64,000 nucleotides of DNA from Gallionella sp. (GCA_035720625.1 DASTNS010000029.1:4014-68013), one strand, 5' to 3'. Shown: positions 1-10,625, counted from the first letter of the stretch. Notes: generated by a model from the sequence alone, not told the origin. Program-made: numbers and translations.

Positions 1-1228
1 GCATATCCATGCGATACAGCGCCAGCGTGCGCTGAATTCCGGGCAAGGCCAGCATCGCCTCGATATCCTGTTTGCGGGGTTTGTATGTTGCCGCCCCGCT
101 CAACATCGGCGAACCCACCAGCTCCTCGCTTGCCAGTTGCCCGTAGAAATTGTATTCGCTGCTCAATGGCGTGAGCAACTTGTTTGCTTCGTCGGGTTTG
201 CCCAATGCCAGTAGCGCGCGCGCCTTCCAGTATTGCCAGGCTGATTCGCGCTGCTGTTGCTCGCTCATCGCATTGATGCCTGCCAGCACCCCGGGCCAGT
301 CCTGCGCGCGCAATGCCGCACGCACGCGCCATGCCGACTGCTGTTCGTTGAGCGGCGCATTTGCCGCTGCCTTGAACCATTGCGGCGCATGGTTATCCAG
401 CTTGCGCGCTGCCTCATAGGCCAGCCAGCCGTAAAAATAATGCTGCTCCGTGTCGGAAAAATAGGCTGCAATTTTTTCCCAGCGTGCAGCGGCCAAATCG
501 GGGGATTGTTTGGCCAGGCGTTGCAGGGCGAACAGCGCGACGGCGCGCTGACCGTCATTCTTCTGGTCCAGCGTCAGTTTTCCCAGATAACGATCCGCAT
601 CGGCCGCCGCGCTTTCCAATGCCGCAGGCGACATCGCATGGGTGCCGGTCAGGTGCCCGGCAAGCTGTTTGGCGAGCGATACATTGCCCGCTTCCAGAGC
701 CAGGCGCAGCCGCTGCCAGACATCCTGTTCGCCGATGATGCCGTCGGACAGCGCCGCATCGAACAGCGGGCCGCAACTCTCCGGCTGCCCCTTGCCGCTG
801 AACCACAGCCTGCGCGCTTCATGCAGTGCGGTTTGTTCCTGGCTGCGCAGGCGAGATTGCAGGGCATAGCAAGTCAGCTCGGTGTCCTCGTTAAGCAGGC
901 GTGGATATTCCGCGTCGAACCAGTCCCATTGCTGTTTTTTGCCGAGCTGTTTGAGCCATTCACCGCGCAACCGGTCGATCATCGGCGTATCTTCCGGTCG
1001 GGAAAGAAAATCCTTTATCGCGCTTGTGTCGGCGTTTTCCAGGCCGAGGCGCAGCCGGTAATAACTGGCGTACACCTCTAGCGGCGTGTTTTTCAACCGC
1101 TGCGCGAAACGCCCAAGTTTGACCGCGTCGCCGGCGCGGAATGCATCACGCACCGCGAGAAAATCCGCAGCCTCACCTGCCAGCGCGGGCGGGGCAATCA
1201 GCAAGCAAAAATAAAAGAAAAACCTCAT
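1..1228 (-). CDS. slt: Soluble lytic murein transglycosylase (Slt70-like), 5' part; runs off the window start
   Basis: Manual minus-strand translation from ATG 1228: signal-peptide-like MRFFFYFCLLIAPPALA, then DFLAVRDAFRAGD...YASYYRLRL; later W.YWKARAL and EYNFYGQLA motifs typical of the Slt N-terminal superhelix. Not in the ORF track because the stop lies outside the window. Confidence 0.85.
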   Translation of the reverse strand, partial: MRFFFYFCLLIAPPALAGEAADFLAVRDAFRAGDAVKLGRFAQRLKNTPLEVYASYYRLRLGLENADTSAIKDFLSRPEDTPMIDRLRGEWLKQLGKKQQWDWFDAEYPRLLNEDTELTCYALQSRLRSQEQTALHEARRLWFSGKGQPESCGPLFDAALSDGIIGEQDVWQRLRLALEAGNVSLAKQLAGHLTGTHAMSPAALESAAADADRYLGKLTLDQKNDGQRAVALFALQRLAKQSPDLAAARWEKIAAYFSDTEQHYFYGWLAYEAARKLDNHAPQWFKAAANAPLNEQQSAWRVRAALRAQDWPGVLAGINAMSEQQQRESAWQYWKARALLALGKPDEANKLLTPLSSEYNFYGQLASEELVGSPMLSGAATYKPRKQDIEAMLALPGIQRTLALYRMDM

Positions 1229-1341
1229 CACAAATCGTCAGAAAAACAACCGCACGGAGCATAGCACATCGCTTGCGGGCGGCAATTCGGCGCGGCATCA
1301 GCGGCGGTACATACTTTGGCCGTGCAGTTTCGATCAGCGCG

Positions 1342-1528
1342 TTACTCCGCCAGCCATTTGGTTGTCGTCGCCTGGATCAGGATAGTCATCAGGATGGCGA
1401 TGAAAGTCACCGAGGCGATGATCTGTGCGCCGAGAGCTTTCATGCCTATCAGCATACCGGCAAGCGCGCCGGTTTCGCGCGACAAGCATGAACACCGCCA
1501 CTCCCGCCGCACCGCCGAGCAGAAACAA
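1342..1528 (-). pseudogene. Remnant of a CPA1/NhaP-type cation:proton antiporter C-terminus (frameshifted, internally deleted)
   Basis: Two frames give LLGGAAGVAVFMLVAR and RETGALAGMLIGMKALGAQIIASVTFIAILMTILIQATTTKWLAE, which I recognise as resembling the last TM helices of CPA1 antiporters; the N-terminal ~300 aa are absent. Confidence 0.55.
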
Positions 1529-1552
1529 AAAGAAGCCGGCTGGGCGTTTTGC

Positions 1553-1582
1553 TTGACGCGGCGTTGCCCGCGCCGATAGAAT
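1553..1582 (+). promoter_or_regulatory. Putative sigma70 promoter for grxD
   Basis: TTGACG-N18-TAGAAT, about 30 nt upstream of the grxD ATG. Confidence 0.5.
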
Positions 1583-1612
1583 TCCCGACCATTTAATTCA
1601 GGTAAAGACATT

Positions 1613-1927
1613 ATGAGCACAGATACCCAGCAACGCATCCACGAGCAAGTCACCACGCACCCAGTGGTGCTGTACATGAAAGGTAGCCCGCAGTTTCCGC
1701 AATGCGGCTTTTCCGCCAACGCAGTACGCATCCTGAACGCACTGGGCGTGAAAGAATTGTTCACAGTGGATGTGCTGCAAGATGCGGAAATCCGCCAAGG
1801 GATCAAGGATTACGCCAATTGGCCGACCATTCCGCAGCTTTATATAAAGGGCGAATTCATCGGCGGCTCCGACATCATGGCCGAGATGTACCAGAGCGGG
1901 GAATTGAAACAATTGCTAGAAGACTAG
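1613..1927 (+). CDS. grxD: Monothiol glutaredoxin Grx4
   Basis: MKG.P.FPQCGFS and WPTIPQLYIKGEFIGGSDI motifs. Confidence 0.97.
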   Translation: MSTDTQQRIHEQVTTHPVVLYMKGSPQFPQCGFSANAVRILNALGVKELFTVDVLQDAEIRQGIKDYANWPTIPQLYIKGEFIGGSDIMAEMYQSGELKQLLED

Positions 1928-1989
1928 GCCGAAATATATAGGCATTTCGGCATATATGAATTTCTAGAGAGAATGGATATAGTCCGAAC

Positions 1990-2074
1990 CGAGTGTTTGG
2001 GTTAGCAGTTGGCAACAACTCTACTTTTCATACTCTCCTCCTCTTCGGGTGGTCGCTAGATCACCCATTTTTTT
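1990..2074 (+). ncRNA. Candidate small RNA with anti-Shine-Dalgarno motif and intrinsic terminator
   Basis: TATAGT at 1978-1983; CTCTCCTCCTC, then hairpin GGGTGGTC-gcta-GATCACCC followed by ATTTTTTT; grxD has its own separate hairpin at 1928-1951. Confidence 0.4.
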
Positions 2075-2076
2075 GC

Positions 2077-3462
2077 CTAGGGTTTTGCGAGATAGGCGCG
2101 CGCTCGCGCGATGGCTGCCTCCACTTGCCGCGGTGCGGTGCCGCCGATGTGGTTGCGGCTGGCGAGCGAACCTTCAAGCGACAGCACCTGATACACGTCT
2201 TCGCCAATCAGGGCGGAGAATTGCTGCAGCTCGGTGAGGCCGATGTCGCTCAGGTCGCAGCCGCGCTGTTCGGCGGAGCGCACCGCCAGTGCCACCGCTT
2301 CATGCGCATCGCGGAACGGCAGGCCTTTTTTCACCAGATAATCGGCGAGATCGGTGGCCGTGGCATAGCCCTGCAACGCCGCATTGCGCATGGCTTCCGA
2401 TTTGACCTTGATGCCGCCGATCATGTCGGCGTAGATGCGCAGTGTTTGCGTCAGCGTTTCCACGGTGTCGAATAGCGGTTCCTTGTCTTCCTGATTGTCC
2501 TTGTTATAGGCCAGCGGCTGGCCTTTCATCAGCGTGAGCAGCGCGACCAGATGGCCGTTGACGCGCCCGGTCTTGCCGCGCACCAGTTCCGGCACGTCTG
2601 GGTTCTTCTTCTGCGGCATGATGCTCGATCCGGTGCAGAAGCGGTCGGCGATGTCGATGAAGCCGAAGCGCGAACTCATCCACAGGATCAGTTCCTCGGA
2701 GAAGCGCGACAGATGCGTCATGATCAGCGCGGCACAGGCGGTGAATTCGATCGCAAAGTCGCGATCCGAAACCGCATCCAGAGAGTTTTCGCATACGCCG
2801 TCGAAGCCCAGCAATTCGGCCACCATTTCGCGCTTGATCGGATAGCTGGTGCCGGCCAGTGCCGCCGCGCCGAGCGGCAGGCGGTTCACGCGGTGGCGGC
2901 AATCCTGCAAGCGCTCCGTATCGCGTTTGAGCATCTCGAAATACGCCATCAGGTGGTGTGCAAAGCTGATCGGCTGCGCCACCTGCAAGTGGGTGAAGCC
3001 GGGCATAACGGTGTGGGTATGGTGCTGGGCGAGGTCAAGCAACGCGTTTTGCAGCGCCTTGATCAGATGCAGCAGGTCGTCGATCGAACTGCGCAGGTAC
3101 AGGCGTACATCGGTCGCCACCTGATCGTTGCGCGACCGCCCGGTGTGCAGGCGTTTGCCGGCATCGCCGACCAGCGCGGTGAGGCGCTTCTCGATGTTGA
3201 GGTGCACGTCTTCCAGATCCAGTGACCAGACGAATTCGCCGCCGATGATTTCATTTTCAATTTGCGCGAGACCGCGCTGGATGTCGTCCAGGTCCTGTGC
3301 GCTGATGATGCCGCAGGCAGCCAGCATTTGCGCATGCGCCCGCGAGCCCTGAATATCGAACATGGCCAGCCTGTGATCGAAGTCCACCGATGCGGTGTAG
3401 CGCTTCACCAGTTCTGCCACGGGTTCCGTGAATCGCCCCGACCAGGTATCTTTGTCTTGCAT
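2077..3462 (-). CDS. argH: Argininosuccinate lyase
   Basis: [23 protein letters not shown] and [12 protein letters not shown] motifs; start taken at MQDKDT. Confidence 0.97.
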   Translation of the reverse strand: MQDKDTWSGRFTEPVAELVKRYTASVDFDHRLAMFDIQGSRAHAQMLAACGIISAQDLDDIQRGLAQIENEIIGGEFVWSLDLEDVHLNIEKRLTALVGDAGKRLHTGRSRNDQVATDVRLYLRSSIDDLLHLIKALQNALLDLAQHHTHTVMPGFTHLQVAQPISFAHHLMAYFEMLKRDTERLQDCRHRVNRLPLGAAALAGTSYPIKREMVAELLGFDGVCENSLDAVSDRDFAIEFTACAALIMTHLSRFSEELILWMSSRFGFIDIADRFCTGSSIMPQKKNPDVPELVRGKTGRVNGHLVALLTLMKGQPLAYNKDNQEDKEPLFDTVETLTQTLRIYADMIGGIKVKSEAMRNAALQGYATATDLADYLVKKGLPFRDAHEAVALAVRSAEQRGCDLSDIGLTELQQFSALIGEDVYQVLSLEGSLASRNHIGGTAPRQVEAAIARARAYLAKP

Positions 3463-3495
3463 TACTACCCCCACTTGTCCCAGAATGAAGCATGA

Positions 3496-3639
3496 AGGGA
3501 ACATTTATAAATCCGTTTTGCGGGCGAATCGCGGCGTCGCGTGCTCGCTCACCCCTCGTCTATCTATCCGATATGCCTCGTTGTTTACTGTGCTGCTCCT
3601 TGCGCTTCATCCCGCAAAACAAATTTCTAGAGGTTCCCT
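3496..3639. mobile_element. 144-bp MITE-like element, copy 1
   Basis: Imperfect ~29-bp terminal inverted repeats (AGGGAACATTTATAAATCCGTTTTGCGGG / CCCGCAAAACAAATTTCTAGAGGTTCCCT); near-identical copy at 61577-61719. Confidence 0.8.
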
Positions 3640-3662
3640 GAAAAACGGGAGGATTACCCGCC

Positions 3663-4706
3663 ATGAATGAGGCGCGCAGTATAAAACAAAATGCCTTGCC
3701 CGACGCATTGCCCAACTTCCGCAACCTCGGCGTGACGTTGCGCATCCTGCTGATCAGCAACGGCCTGGCATTGTTGCAGGCGCTGTTGCAGGCGAATGGC
3801 TGGGCGGATGTGCCGCTGCGCATGATGCAAATTGCCACGCTGCTCGCGCCGATTCTGCTGACCTGCCTGCTGTTGTTGTGGGCGGCGCAGCCGTGGCTGA
3901 ACCGCTTGCCTTATCTGCACGGCGTGCTGGCGGTGAACGCGCTGGTAGCGGCAGTAACACTGGCTACCTATTACTTCGGCGGCGAACTGTATCACCCGAT
4001 GGGCCGCGATGATGCCTGGTTCGAGGCAATGCGCTACACGTTGCTCAGCGTGCTGGTAAGCGGCATCCTGCTGATGTATTTCCGCTGGCGCAGCCAAGTG
4101 CTGTCGCGCGCGTTGCACGAGGCGCATCTGCAGGTGTTGCGCGCGCGCATTCGGCCGCACTTCCTGTTCAACAGCATCAACGCCGTGCTCAGCATCGTGC
4201 GCGCCCAGCCCGCGCAGGCCGAGGCTGCGCTGGAGGACATGTCCGACCTGTTCCGCATGGCGATGGCGGATGCGCAAGACCTCGTGCCGTTGCGCCGGGA
4301 GATCGAGTTGAGCAAACAATACATCGCGCTGGAACAATTGCGCATGGGCGAAAGATTGCGCGTGGATTGGCAGATTCAGGATATGCCGGACGATGCGCTG
4401 ATTCCGCCGTTGCTGTTGCAACCGCTGCTGGAAAATGCCGTGTATCACGGCATCGAGCCGTTGCCGCAAGGCGGCAGCATCACCGTCGCACTGTACCGCA
4501 GCGGCGATGAATTGCGGCTCAAGGTGGAGAATCCCTGCGCATCGGGTGGTGCCGCACCGCATGACGGCAACAAAATGGCGTTGCGGAATATCCGCGAACG
4601 GCTGGCGCTGCTGTTTGACGTCGAGGCGCGCTACAAGGTCGAAAGCGGCAAAGAGTTTTATCGTGTGGAAATCACGCTGCCGTACGTCAAGGAGCAAACC
4701 ATATGA
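3663..4706 (+). CDS. algZ: LytS/YehU-family sensor kinase (AlgZ/FimS-like)
   Basis: N-terminal TMs; ARIRPHFLFNSIN and LQPLLENAVYHG motifs; lies between argH and a LytTR regulator as in the argH-algZR-hemC locus. Confidence 0.85.
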   Translation: MNEARSIKQNALPDALPNFRNLGVTLRILLISNGLALLQALLQANGWADVPLRMMQIATLLAPILLTCLLLLWAAQPWLNRLPYLHGVLAVNALVAAVTLATYYFGGELYHPMGRDDAWFEAMRYTLLSVLVSGILLMYFRWRSQVLSRALHEAHLQVLRARIRPHFLFNSINAVLSIVRAQPAQAEAALEDMSDLFRMAMADAQDLVPLRREIELSKQYIALEQLRMGERLRVDWQIQDMPDDALIPPLLLQPLLENAVYHGIEPLPQGGSITVALYRSGDELRLKVENPCASGGAAPHDGNKMALRNIRERLALLFDVEARYKVESGKEFYRVEITLPYVKEQTI

Positions 4707-5491
4707 GCACCGTCGAGCTGGCCCTGCGCATCCTCATCGTGGACGACGAGCCGCCCGCGCGCAATCGCCTGCGCGACCTGCTGAATGATTGCAGCGAGCA
4801 GTTGGTGCTGGAGATCGTTGGCGAGGCGGGCAACGGCCAGGAAGCATTGGATAAACTGATGGAAACGCCCGTCGACGTAATACTGCTGGACATCCGCATG
4901 CCGCAGATGGACGGCATCGAACTCGCGCAACATATCCAGAAAATGCCCAAGCCAATTATCGGTTTGGCGAAATGGCCGCCGGTGATCATCTTTACCACCG
5001 CCTACGATGCCTACGCGATCAAGGCATTCGAACTGCACGCGATCGACTACCTGCTCAAACCGATCCGCCTGGGGCGCCTCTTCGAGGCTCTTACCCGCGC
5101 GCGCGAAGCCGTGCCGGTGCAAACCGAAGTGTTGCGCGACCTGCTGCCCGAACCGCGTAAATTCCTCTCCATCCATGAACGCGGCAAGATCCATCTGGTA
5201 CCCATCGAACAAGTGCTGTTTTTGCGCGCTGAGCTGAAATACGTCACCGTGCGCACCGTCGAACACGAATACCTGCTCGAAGAATCGCTCACCGCCCTGG
5301 AGAAGGAGTTTGCCACGCGCTTCGTACGTGTTCATCGCAACTGCCTGGTGGCGAAAGAGGCGATAGAAGGCTTCGAGAAAGGTGGTGAGGATAACGCCGA
5401 GAGCGCGGGTTGGATGGTGAAGCTGAAAGGGCTGGATGAACTGCTCGCTATCAGCCGCAGGCAGCAGCATATCGTCAAGGAGTTCAGTTGA
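4703..5491 (+). CDS. algR: LytTR-family response regulator (AlgR-like)
   Basis: REC domain (VDDEPPAR, LLDIRMP, FTTAY, DYLLKP) plus LytTR domain (FVRVHRNCLV). Confidence 0.88.
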   Translation: MSTVELALRILIVDDEPPARNRLRDLLNDCSEQLVLEIVGEAGNGQEALDKLMETPVDVILLDIRMPQMDGIELAQHIQKMPKPIIGLAKWPPVIIFTTAYDAYAIKAFELHAIDYLLKPIRLGRLFEALTRAREAVPVQTEVLRDLLPEPRKFLSIHERGKIHLVPIEQVLFLRAELKYVTVRTVEHEYLLEESLTALEKEFATRFVRVHRNCLVAKEAIEGFEKGGEDNAESAGWMVKLKGLDELLAISRRQQHIVKEFS

Positions 5492-6686
5492 GCACGACGA
5501 ACTGTTTCCTGAATCCTACCACCTTTTGCAGATACTGGCGCGTTTCGGCGTAGGGGAGCTGCGAGCGCAGTTTGTCGTACACGGCGGGTGCGGCCATGCG
5601 GTTGATCTGGTCCAGCGCGCCGTCGCGGTTTCTCGACGAGCCGCCGAAGGTGCGCAGCACATTGCTCGGGCCGGTGTTGTAGGCGGAGATGACGCAATAT
5701 TCGCGCGACACCGGGTCGGCCACTTCATCCAGTTCATCGAAGGCCAGTACGTTCAGATACGCCGTGCCCAGCTCGATGTTGTTTTCCGCGTTGAACAGGT
5801 ACTGCTTGCTGGGCATCTCGTTCGCGCCCTTGGCGCGCTTATAGGCGTCGCGCCCGCCGCTGCTCGGCACCAGCTGCATCAGGCCGTAGGCGGGTGCGGG
5901 GCTGACCGCGAACGGGTTGAAGTTGCTCTCGGTGCGCATGATGGCGAATACCAGGCTCGGGCTGATGTCGTAGGCCCTGGCGAATTTCTCCACCAGCGGG
6001 CGGTATTTTTCCGCTTGCTTGTTGGAAAAGTTGCTGACCATCGCGAACTTCACCAGATGCGCCTGTTTGCTGCCCGCATCGGTGCTGACGCTGCGGGTTT
6101 GCGCGGCGCCGACCAGGCCGGCGGCGAAGCGTTCGGCCTGCTGCGGCGTGGCGATGGCGCGCCCCTTGTCGTCGAGCACCAGCCCGAGCAGATAGGGATC
6201 GCGCTCGCCGGTCAGCCTGATCGAGCTGTCCGAAAACAGGTCGACCGCGCGCGGGTCATCGGGTGTGAGCAATGTGGTGACGATGGCGTCCTTGAGGCTG
6301 TTGTCGGGATTTTTTTCGTCCAGCGTCTCGACGGTGATCTCGCCGCGATCGAAATCCACGATGGCGCGCGAGAGGTAGCCCTGCGTGTATTTGACGTAGT
6401 GAGTGCGGTCGGGCAGGCGCGCTTCCTTCCTTCCCCATTTCCTGCCGGCATTGCCTTGCAGGATGTCCATCAGCCGTTCGAAGTCGCGCTGCACGCCCTT
6501 CAGGTCGCTGGCGAGCTGCACAGGGTTGCGCAGGTAGGTCAGTTTCTTGCGCTGGAGCAGTGCGCGCGCCGCCGCCTGCGGGCTGCTGCTGGTCGCGACG
6601 GTGATGATGCTCCCGGTCGATACGCTCTTGCACGAGGCGAGCAGCAGCAGGGCGGTGATGGCAAGGATGAAGTTACGCATGAACAT
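5484..6686 (-). CDS. mltC: Membrane-bound lytic murein transglycosylase C (lipoprotein)
   Basis: Lipobox LLASC; MltC N-terminal YVKYT..Y.SRA.VDF..G; SLT motifs ESNFNPFAVS, GLMQL and AYNTG. Confidence 0.88.
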   Translation of the reverse strand: MFMRNFILAITALLLLASCKSVSTGSIITVATSSSPQAAARALLQRKKLTYLRNPVQLASDLKGVQRDFERLMDILQGNAGRKWGRKEARLPDRTHYVKYTQGYLSRAIVDFDRGEITVETLDEKNPDNSLKDAIVTTLLTPDDPRAVDLFSDSSIRLTGERDPYLLGLVLDDKGRAIATPQQAERFAAGLVGAAQTRSVSTDAGSKQAHLVKFAMVSNFSNKQAEKYRPLVEKFARAYDISPSLVFAIMRTESNFNPFAVSPAPAYGLMQLVPSSGGRDAYKRAKGANEMPSKQYLFNAENNIELGTAYLNVLAFDELDEVADPVSREYCVISAYNTGPSNVLRTFGGSSRNRDGALDQINRMAAPAVYDKLRSQLPYAETRQYLQKVVGFRKQFVVLN

Positions 6687-6725
6687 TTCGGGCGGCTTGA
6701 TGGGTGTGGTCGTTAGACAAGAAAC

Positions 6726-9599
6726 TCAGCCGCTGTTCCGCAACCCGGTCGCGATGCCGTTGATCGTCAGGTGGATCGCACGTTTCACCAGCACATCATC
6801 GTCCCCGGCACGGTGCCGTTGCAGCAGCGCCACCTGCAGGTGGTTGAGCGGATCGATGTACGGGGTGCGCGTGAGCAGGCTGCGTGCAAATGCCGGGTTG
6901 TCCTGCAGCAGCGTGGTGTTGCCGGTCACGGCGAACAGCATGGCCACGGTGTCCTCCCATTCGCGGTGGATCGCGCCGAAGACCCGTTCGTGCAACGCCG
7001 CATCTTCCACCAGTTCGGCATAGCGCGACGCGATGCCCATGTCGGTCTTGGACAGCACCATGTCCATATTGGACATCAGGCCGCGGAAGAACGCCCAGTT
7101 CCGGTACATCGCCTGCAATTGCGCGAGTCCGGCCTCGCCCTCGCGCTCGACGAAACGCTTTACCGCGCTGCCGTAGCCGAACCAGCCCGGCAGCAGCGTG
7201 CGGCTCAGGCTCCAGCTGAACACCCAGGGGATCGCGCGCAGATCCTCGATGCGGTCCGATGCCTTGCGCGCCGTGGGGCGGCTGCCGATATTGAGCTCGG
7301 CGATCTCGCGGATCGGGGTCGCGGCGAAGAAATAATCGGTGAAGCCGGGGGTCTCGTACACCAGCCTGCGGTACGCGGCGAACGCCTCCAGGCTCAGTTC
7401 TTCCATGATGCGGTGGTACTCCGGCATCGCGCTGTCCGCGCCGTGGTGGTGCAGCAGCGTAGCCTCCATGGTCGCGGCGATCAGTGTCTCGAGGTTGCGC
7501 CGGCCGATCTCGGGGTTGGAGTATTTGCTGGCGATCACCTCGCCCTGTTCGGTGATGCGGATCTGCCCGTTCACGCTGCCCGGCGGTTGTGCGAGGATCG
7601 CGTCGTAGCTCGGGCCGCCGCCGCGCCCGACGGTGCCGCCGCGCCCGTGGAACAGGCGCAGCTCGATGCCGTGTCTGGCGAACACTTCCACCAGTTCCAG
7701 TTCGGCCTTGTACAGTTCCCAGTTGGCGGTGAGGTAGCCGCCGTCCTTGTTGCTGTCGGAATAGCCGAGCATCACCTCCTGCGTGTTGCCGCGGCTGGCC
7801 AGCAGCTTGCGGTAATACGGGATAGCGAACAATTCGTCCATGATTGCGCCGCAGCCGCGCAGGTCTTCGATGGTCTCGAACAGCGGGATGATATTGATAT
7901 GCAGTTTGTCGCCTTGCAGCAGCCCGGTCTGCTGCAGCATCAGCGCGAGCTCCAGCAGGTCGCTCACCGCATCGGTCTTGGAGATGATGTGGTTGGGCAG
8001 CGCCGCGCGGCCGAAGCGGCGGTGGATCAAAGCGGCGGTCTGCATGATGCGCAGCTCGCTCTGCGTCGCGGGCGTGTACTGCTCGATGTTGGAGAGCAGC
8101 GGCTTGCCCGCTTGCAGTGCGTCCAGCAGAACCCTGCAGCGCTCTGTCTCACCGAGGTCTTTGTAGTTGGCCTTGCCGGTGTCGCCCCGACACGGTGGGG
8201 TGGAACCATCAGGTGCGGGAGGGGCGGACAAGCGGCTGTTCCCGCAATCGGCTGGCTGCGCCAGTAACGTGTCACAGCCGCTGTACGAAAAGAGTTCCGC
8301 CACAGTCTGCTCGTGGATCGCGCTGTGCTGGCGCATGTCCAGCGGCGCGAGATGGAAGCCGAATACCTCGGCGGCGCGGCGCAGGTTGGCGATCCGCCCG
8401 CGCGCCAGGTATACCGCGCCGTGCTTGAACAGCGAGTCGATCAGCACATCCAGGTCGGCGATGAATTCCTGCGGCGCGGCATAGGGCTGTGCATGCCGGT
8501 CCAATGGCGGCAAGTGGGTGATTTCGTGCCCGAGCTGCCGGGCGGTGGCCGAGAGGCGCGAATAGATCAGGTTAAGCGCGCGGCGATAGGGTTCATCCTC
8601 GCGCGCGGCATCCTTGTCCGGCGAAACATCGGAGAGCTTGCGCAATGCATCGCTGACATCGACCAGTCGGTCCGTCAGGCTCAGCCGCCTGCCGAGAATA
8701 TAGGTTTCATTCAGGTAGTGTTCGAACGCCAGTGCGGATTGTTGCTGTACCGCATCCAGCATCACGTCGTGGGTGACGAAAGGATTGCCGTCGCGGTCGC
8801 CGCCGATCCAGCTGCCTACGCGCAGCAACGGCGGAATGCGGATATTTTCGCCGAAGCACGCCTCCAGCTGCTTTTCCAGATGGACGTAAATCCTGGGGAT
8901 TTCATTGAGGAAGGTGTAGCGGTAATACTCCAGCCCGTTGTTGATTTCGTCGCGCACGGTCAGCCTGGCGGTGCGCAGCATGCGCGTCTGCCACAGGATC
9001 AGCATGAAGCGGTGCAGGGCTTCCTCGTTCTCGGCGAAGTCGTCGGGCGTCATGTCCACGCGGTCGCGGTCGGACAGCAGGCGCGAGATGATGAGCTGGC
9101 AGTCGAGGATGCTCTTGCGCTGCACTTCGGTGGGATGCGCGGTCAATACCGGAGAGATCAGCGCGCTGTCCAGGAAGGCCTGCAGGGTTTTCCTGTCGAT
9201 GCGCTTTTCTTCGATGCGCTTCAGCGCCAGCGGCAGGCTGCCGTCTTTCGGCGCGCTGCCGGCTTTGAGGTGGGCGCGATGGCGGCGGTTGTGATGCAGG
9301 TCTACGGCGATGTTGGACAGTTGCGAGAAGTAGCTGAAGGCACGCACCACAACCAGCGTCTCGCCGGGCGACAGCGCGTCCAGCATCTGCTCGAGCTGCA
9401 CGCGGTCGCGGTCGTCCTGCGTCTTGCGGAAACGCACCGCGGCACGGCGCACGTTCTCGATCAACTGGAAGGACGCTTCGCCCTCCTGCTCGCGCAGCGT
9501 CTCGCCGAGGATGCGGCCAAGCAGGCGCACATCTTCGCGCAGCGGCAGATCCTTGCTGGAGATGTCGGCGGGGGCGGCGATCAGGTTCATCACATTCAT
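6726..9599 (-). CDS. ppc: Phosphoenolpyruvate carboxylase (carries a 33-aa insertion)
   Basis: VLTAHPTE, SWIGGDRDGNP, QEVMLGYSDSNKDGG, FHGRGGTVGRGGGP, LRAIPWVF and C-terminal LRNSG; start uncertain (9623/9599/9590). Confidence 0.97.
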   Translation of the reverse strand: MNVMNLIAAPADISSKDLPLREDVRLLGRILGETLREQEGEASFQLIENVRRAAVRFRKTQDDRDRVQLEQMLDALSPGETLVVVRAFSYFSQLSNIAVDLHHNRRHRAHLKAGSAPKDGSLPLALKRIEEKRIDRKTLQAFLDSALISPVLTAHPTEVQRKSILDCQLIISRLLSDRDRVDMTPDDFAENEEALHRFMLILWQTRMLRTARLTVRDEINNGLEYYRYTFLNEIPRIYVHLEKQLEACFGENIRIPPLLRVGSWIGGDRDGNPFVTHDVMLDAVQQQSALAFEHYLNETYILGRRLSLTDRLVDVSDALRKLSDVSPDKDAAREDEPYRRALNLIYSRLSATARQLGHEITHLPPLDRHAQPYAAPQEFIADLDVLIDSLFKHGAVYLARGRIANLRRAAEVFGFHLAPLDMRQHSAIHEQTVAELFSYSGCDTLLAQPADCGNSRLSAPPAPDGSTPPCRGDTGKANYKDLGETERCRVLLDALQAGKPLLSNIEQYTPATQSELRIMQTAALIHRRFGRAALPNHIISKTDAVSDLLELALMLQQTGLLQGDKLHINIIPLFETIEDLRGCGAIMDELFAIPYYRKLLASRGNTQEVMLGYSDSNKDGGYLTANWELYKAELELVEVFARHGIELRLFHGRGGTVGRGGGPSYDAILAQPPGSVNGQIRITEQGEVIASKYSNPEIGRRNLETLIAATMEATLLHHHGADSAMPEYHRIMEELSLEAFAAYRRLVYETPGFTDYFFAATPIREIAELNIGSRPTARKASDRIEDLRAIPWVFSWSLSRTLLPGWFGYGSAVKRFVEREGEAGLAQLQAMYRNWAFFRGLMSNMDMVLSKTDMGIASRYAELVEDAALHERVFGAIHREWEDTVAMLFAVTGNTTLLQDNPAFARSLLTRTPYIDPLNHLQVALLQRHRAGDDDVLVKRAIHLTINGIATGLRNSG

Positions 9600-9666
9600 A
9601 GGGAAGATGGCGACACTCCTCATGTTAGAATGTGCCGCGTATGATCGATAAAATTCAGGAAATCCG

Positions 9667-10620
9667 ATGAGTCAGGCATCTTCAAAATCGCTACCTTTCC
9701 CCTCCCGTCTGGTGATCGCTTCGCGTGAAAGCGCGCTGGCCATGTGGCAGGCCGAACATATCCGGGACAGGCTGCGCGCATTATATCCGCAAACCGAAGT
9801 CAGCATCCTCGGCATGACCACGCAGGGCGACCAGATCCTCGACGTGACGCTGGCCAAGATCGGCGGCAAGGGACTGTTCGTGAAAGAGCTGGAGACCGCG
9901 CTGGAAGACGGGCGCGCCGACCTTGCCGTGCATTCGCTGAAGGATGTACCGATGCAGATGCCGGAAGGTTTCGTGCTGGCCGCGATCGGCGAGCGCGAAG
10001 ACCCGCACGATGCGTTCGTCTCGAACCAGTACGAAGACCTGGCCGCGTTGCCGGCGGGCAGCGTGGTGGGCACCTCCAGCCTGCGGCGCGAGAGTCAGTT
10101 GCGCGCGCGCTTCCCGCATCTGAAGATCGAACCGCTGCGCGGCAACGTGCAGACCCGCTTGCGCAAGCTCGACGAAGGCCGATATGCCGCCATCATCCTC
10201 GCCGCCGCCGGACTGAAACGCTTGGGGCTGGGCGAGCGCATCCGCAATGTCATTTCCAGCGACGACAGCCTGCCTGCCGTCGGTCAGGGTGCGCTCGGCA
10301 TCGAATGCCGCGCCGACCGCACCGACGTGATCACCCTGCTGCAGCCGCTGCACCATCCCGATACCGCCGCCTGTGTGCTCGCGGAACGCGCCATGAGCCG
10401 CGTCTTGGCGGGCAGTTGCCAGGTGCCGTTGGGCGGTTTTGCCGAAGTGCAGAACGGCAAGCTGCGCATGCGCGGCTTCGTCGCCAGCCCGGACGGCAAA
10501 CGCATGGTGCGTGCCGAGCTGAGCGGCGAGATCACCGACCCCGAAGCACTGGGCAAACGGGTCGCCGAGGCCTTGCTGGCACAGGGCGCGGGCGAGATTC
10601 TCGCTGCTTTGGCTTTGTAA
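9667..10620 (+). CDS. hemC: Hydroxymethylbilane synthase
   Basis: [35 protein letters not shown] and LRGNVQTRL motifs. Confidence 0.97.
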   Translation: MSQASSKSLPFPSRLVIASRESALAMWQAEHIRDRLRALYPQTEVSILGMTTQGDQILDVTLAKIGGKGLFVKELETALEDGRADLAVHSLKDVPMQMPEGFVLAAIGEREDPHDAFVSNQYEDLAALPAGSVVGTSSLRRESQLRARFPHLKIEPLRGNVQTRLRKLDEGRYAAIILAAAGLKRLGLGERIRNVISSDDSLPAVGQGALGIECRADRTDVITLLQPLHHPDTAACVLAERAMSRVLAGSCQVPLGGFAEVQNGKLRMRGFVASPDGKRMVRAELSGEITDPEALGKRVAEALLAQGAGEILAALAL

Positions 10621-10625
10621 TTTTT

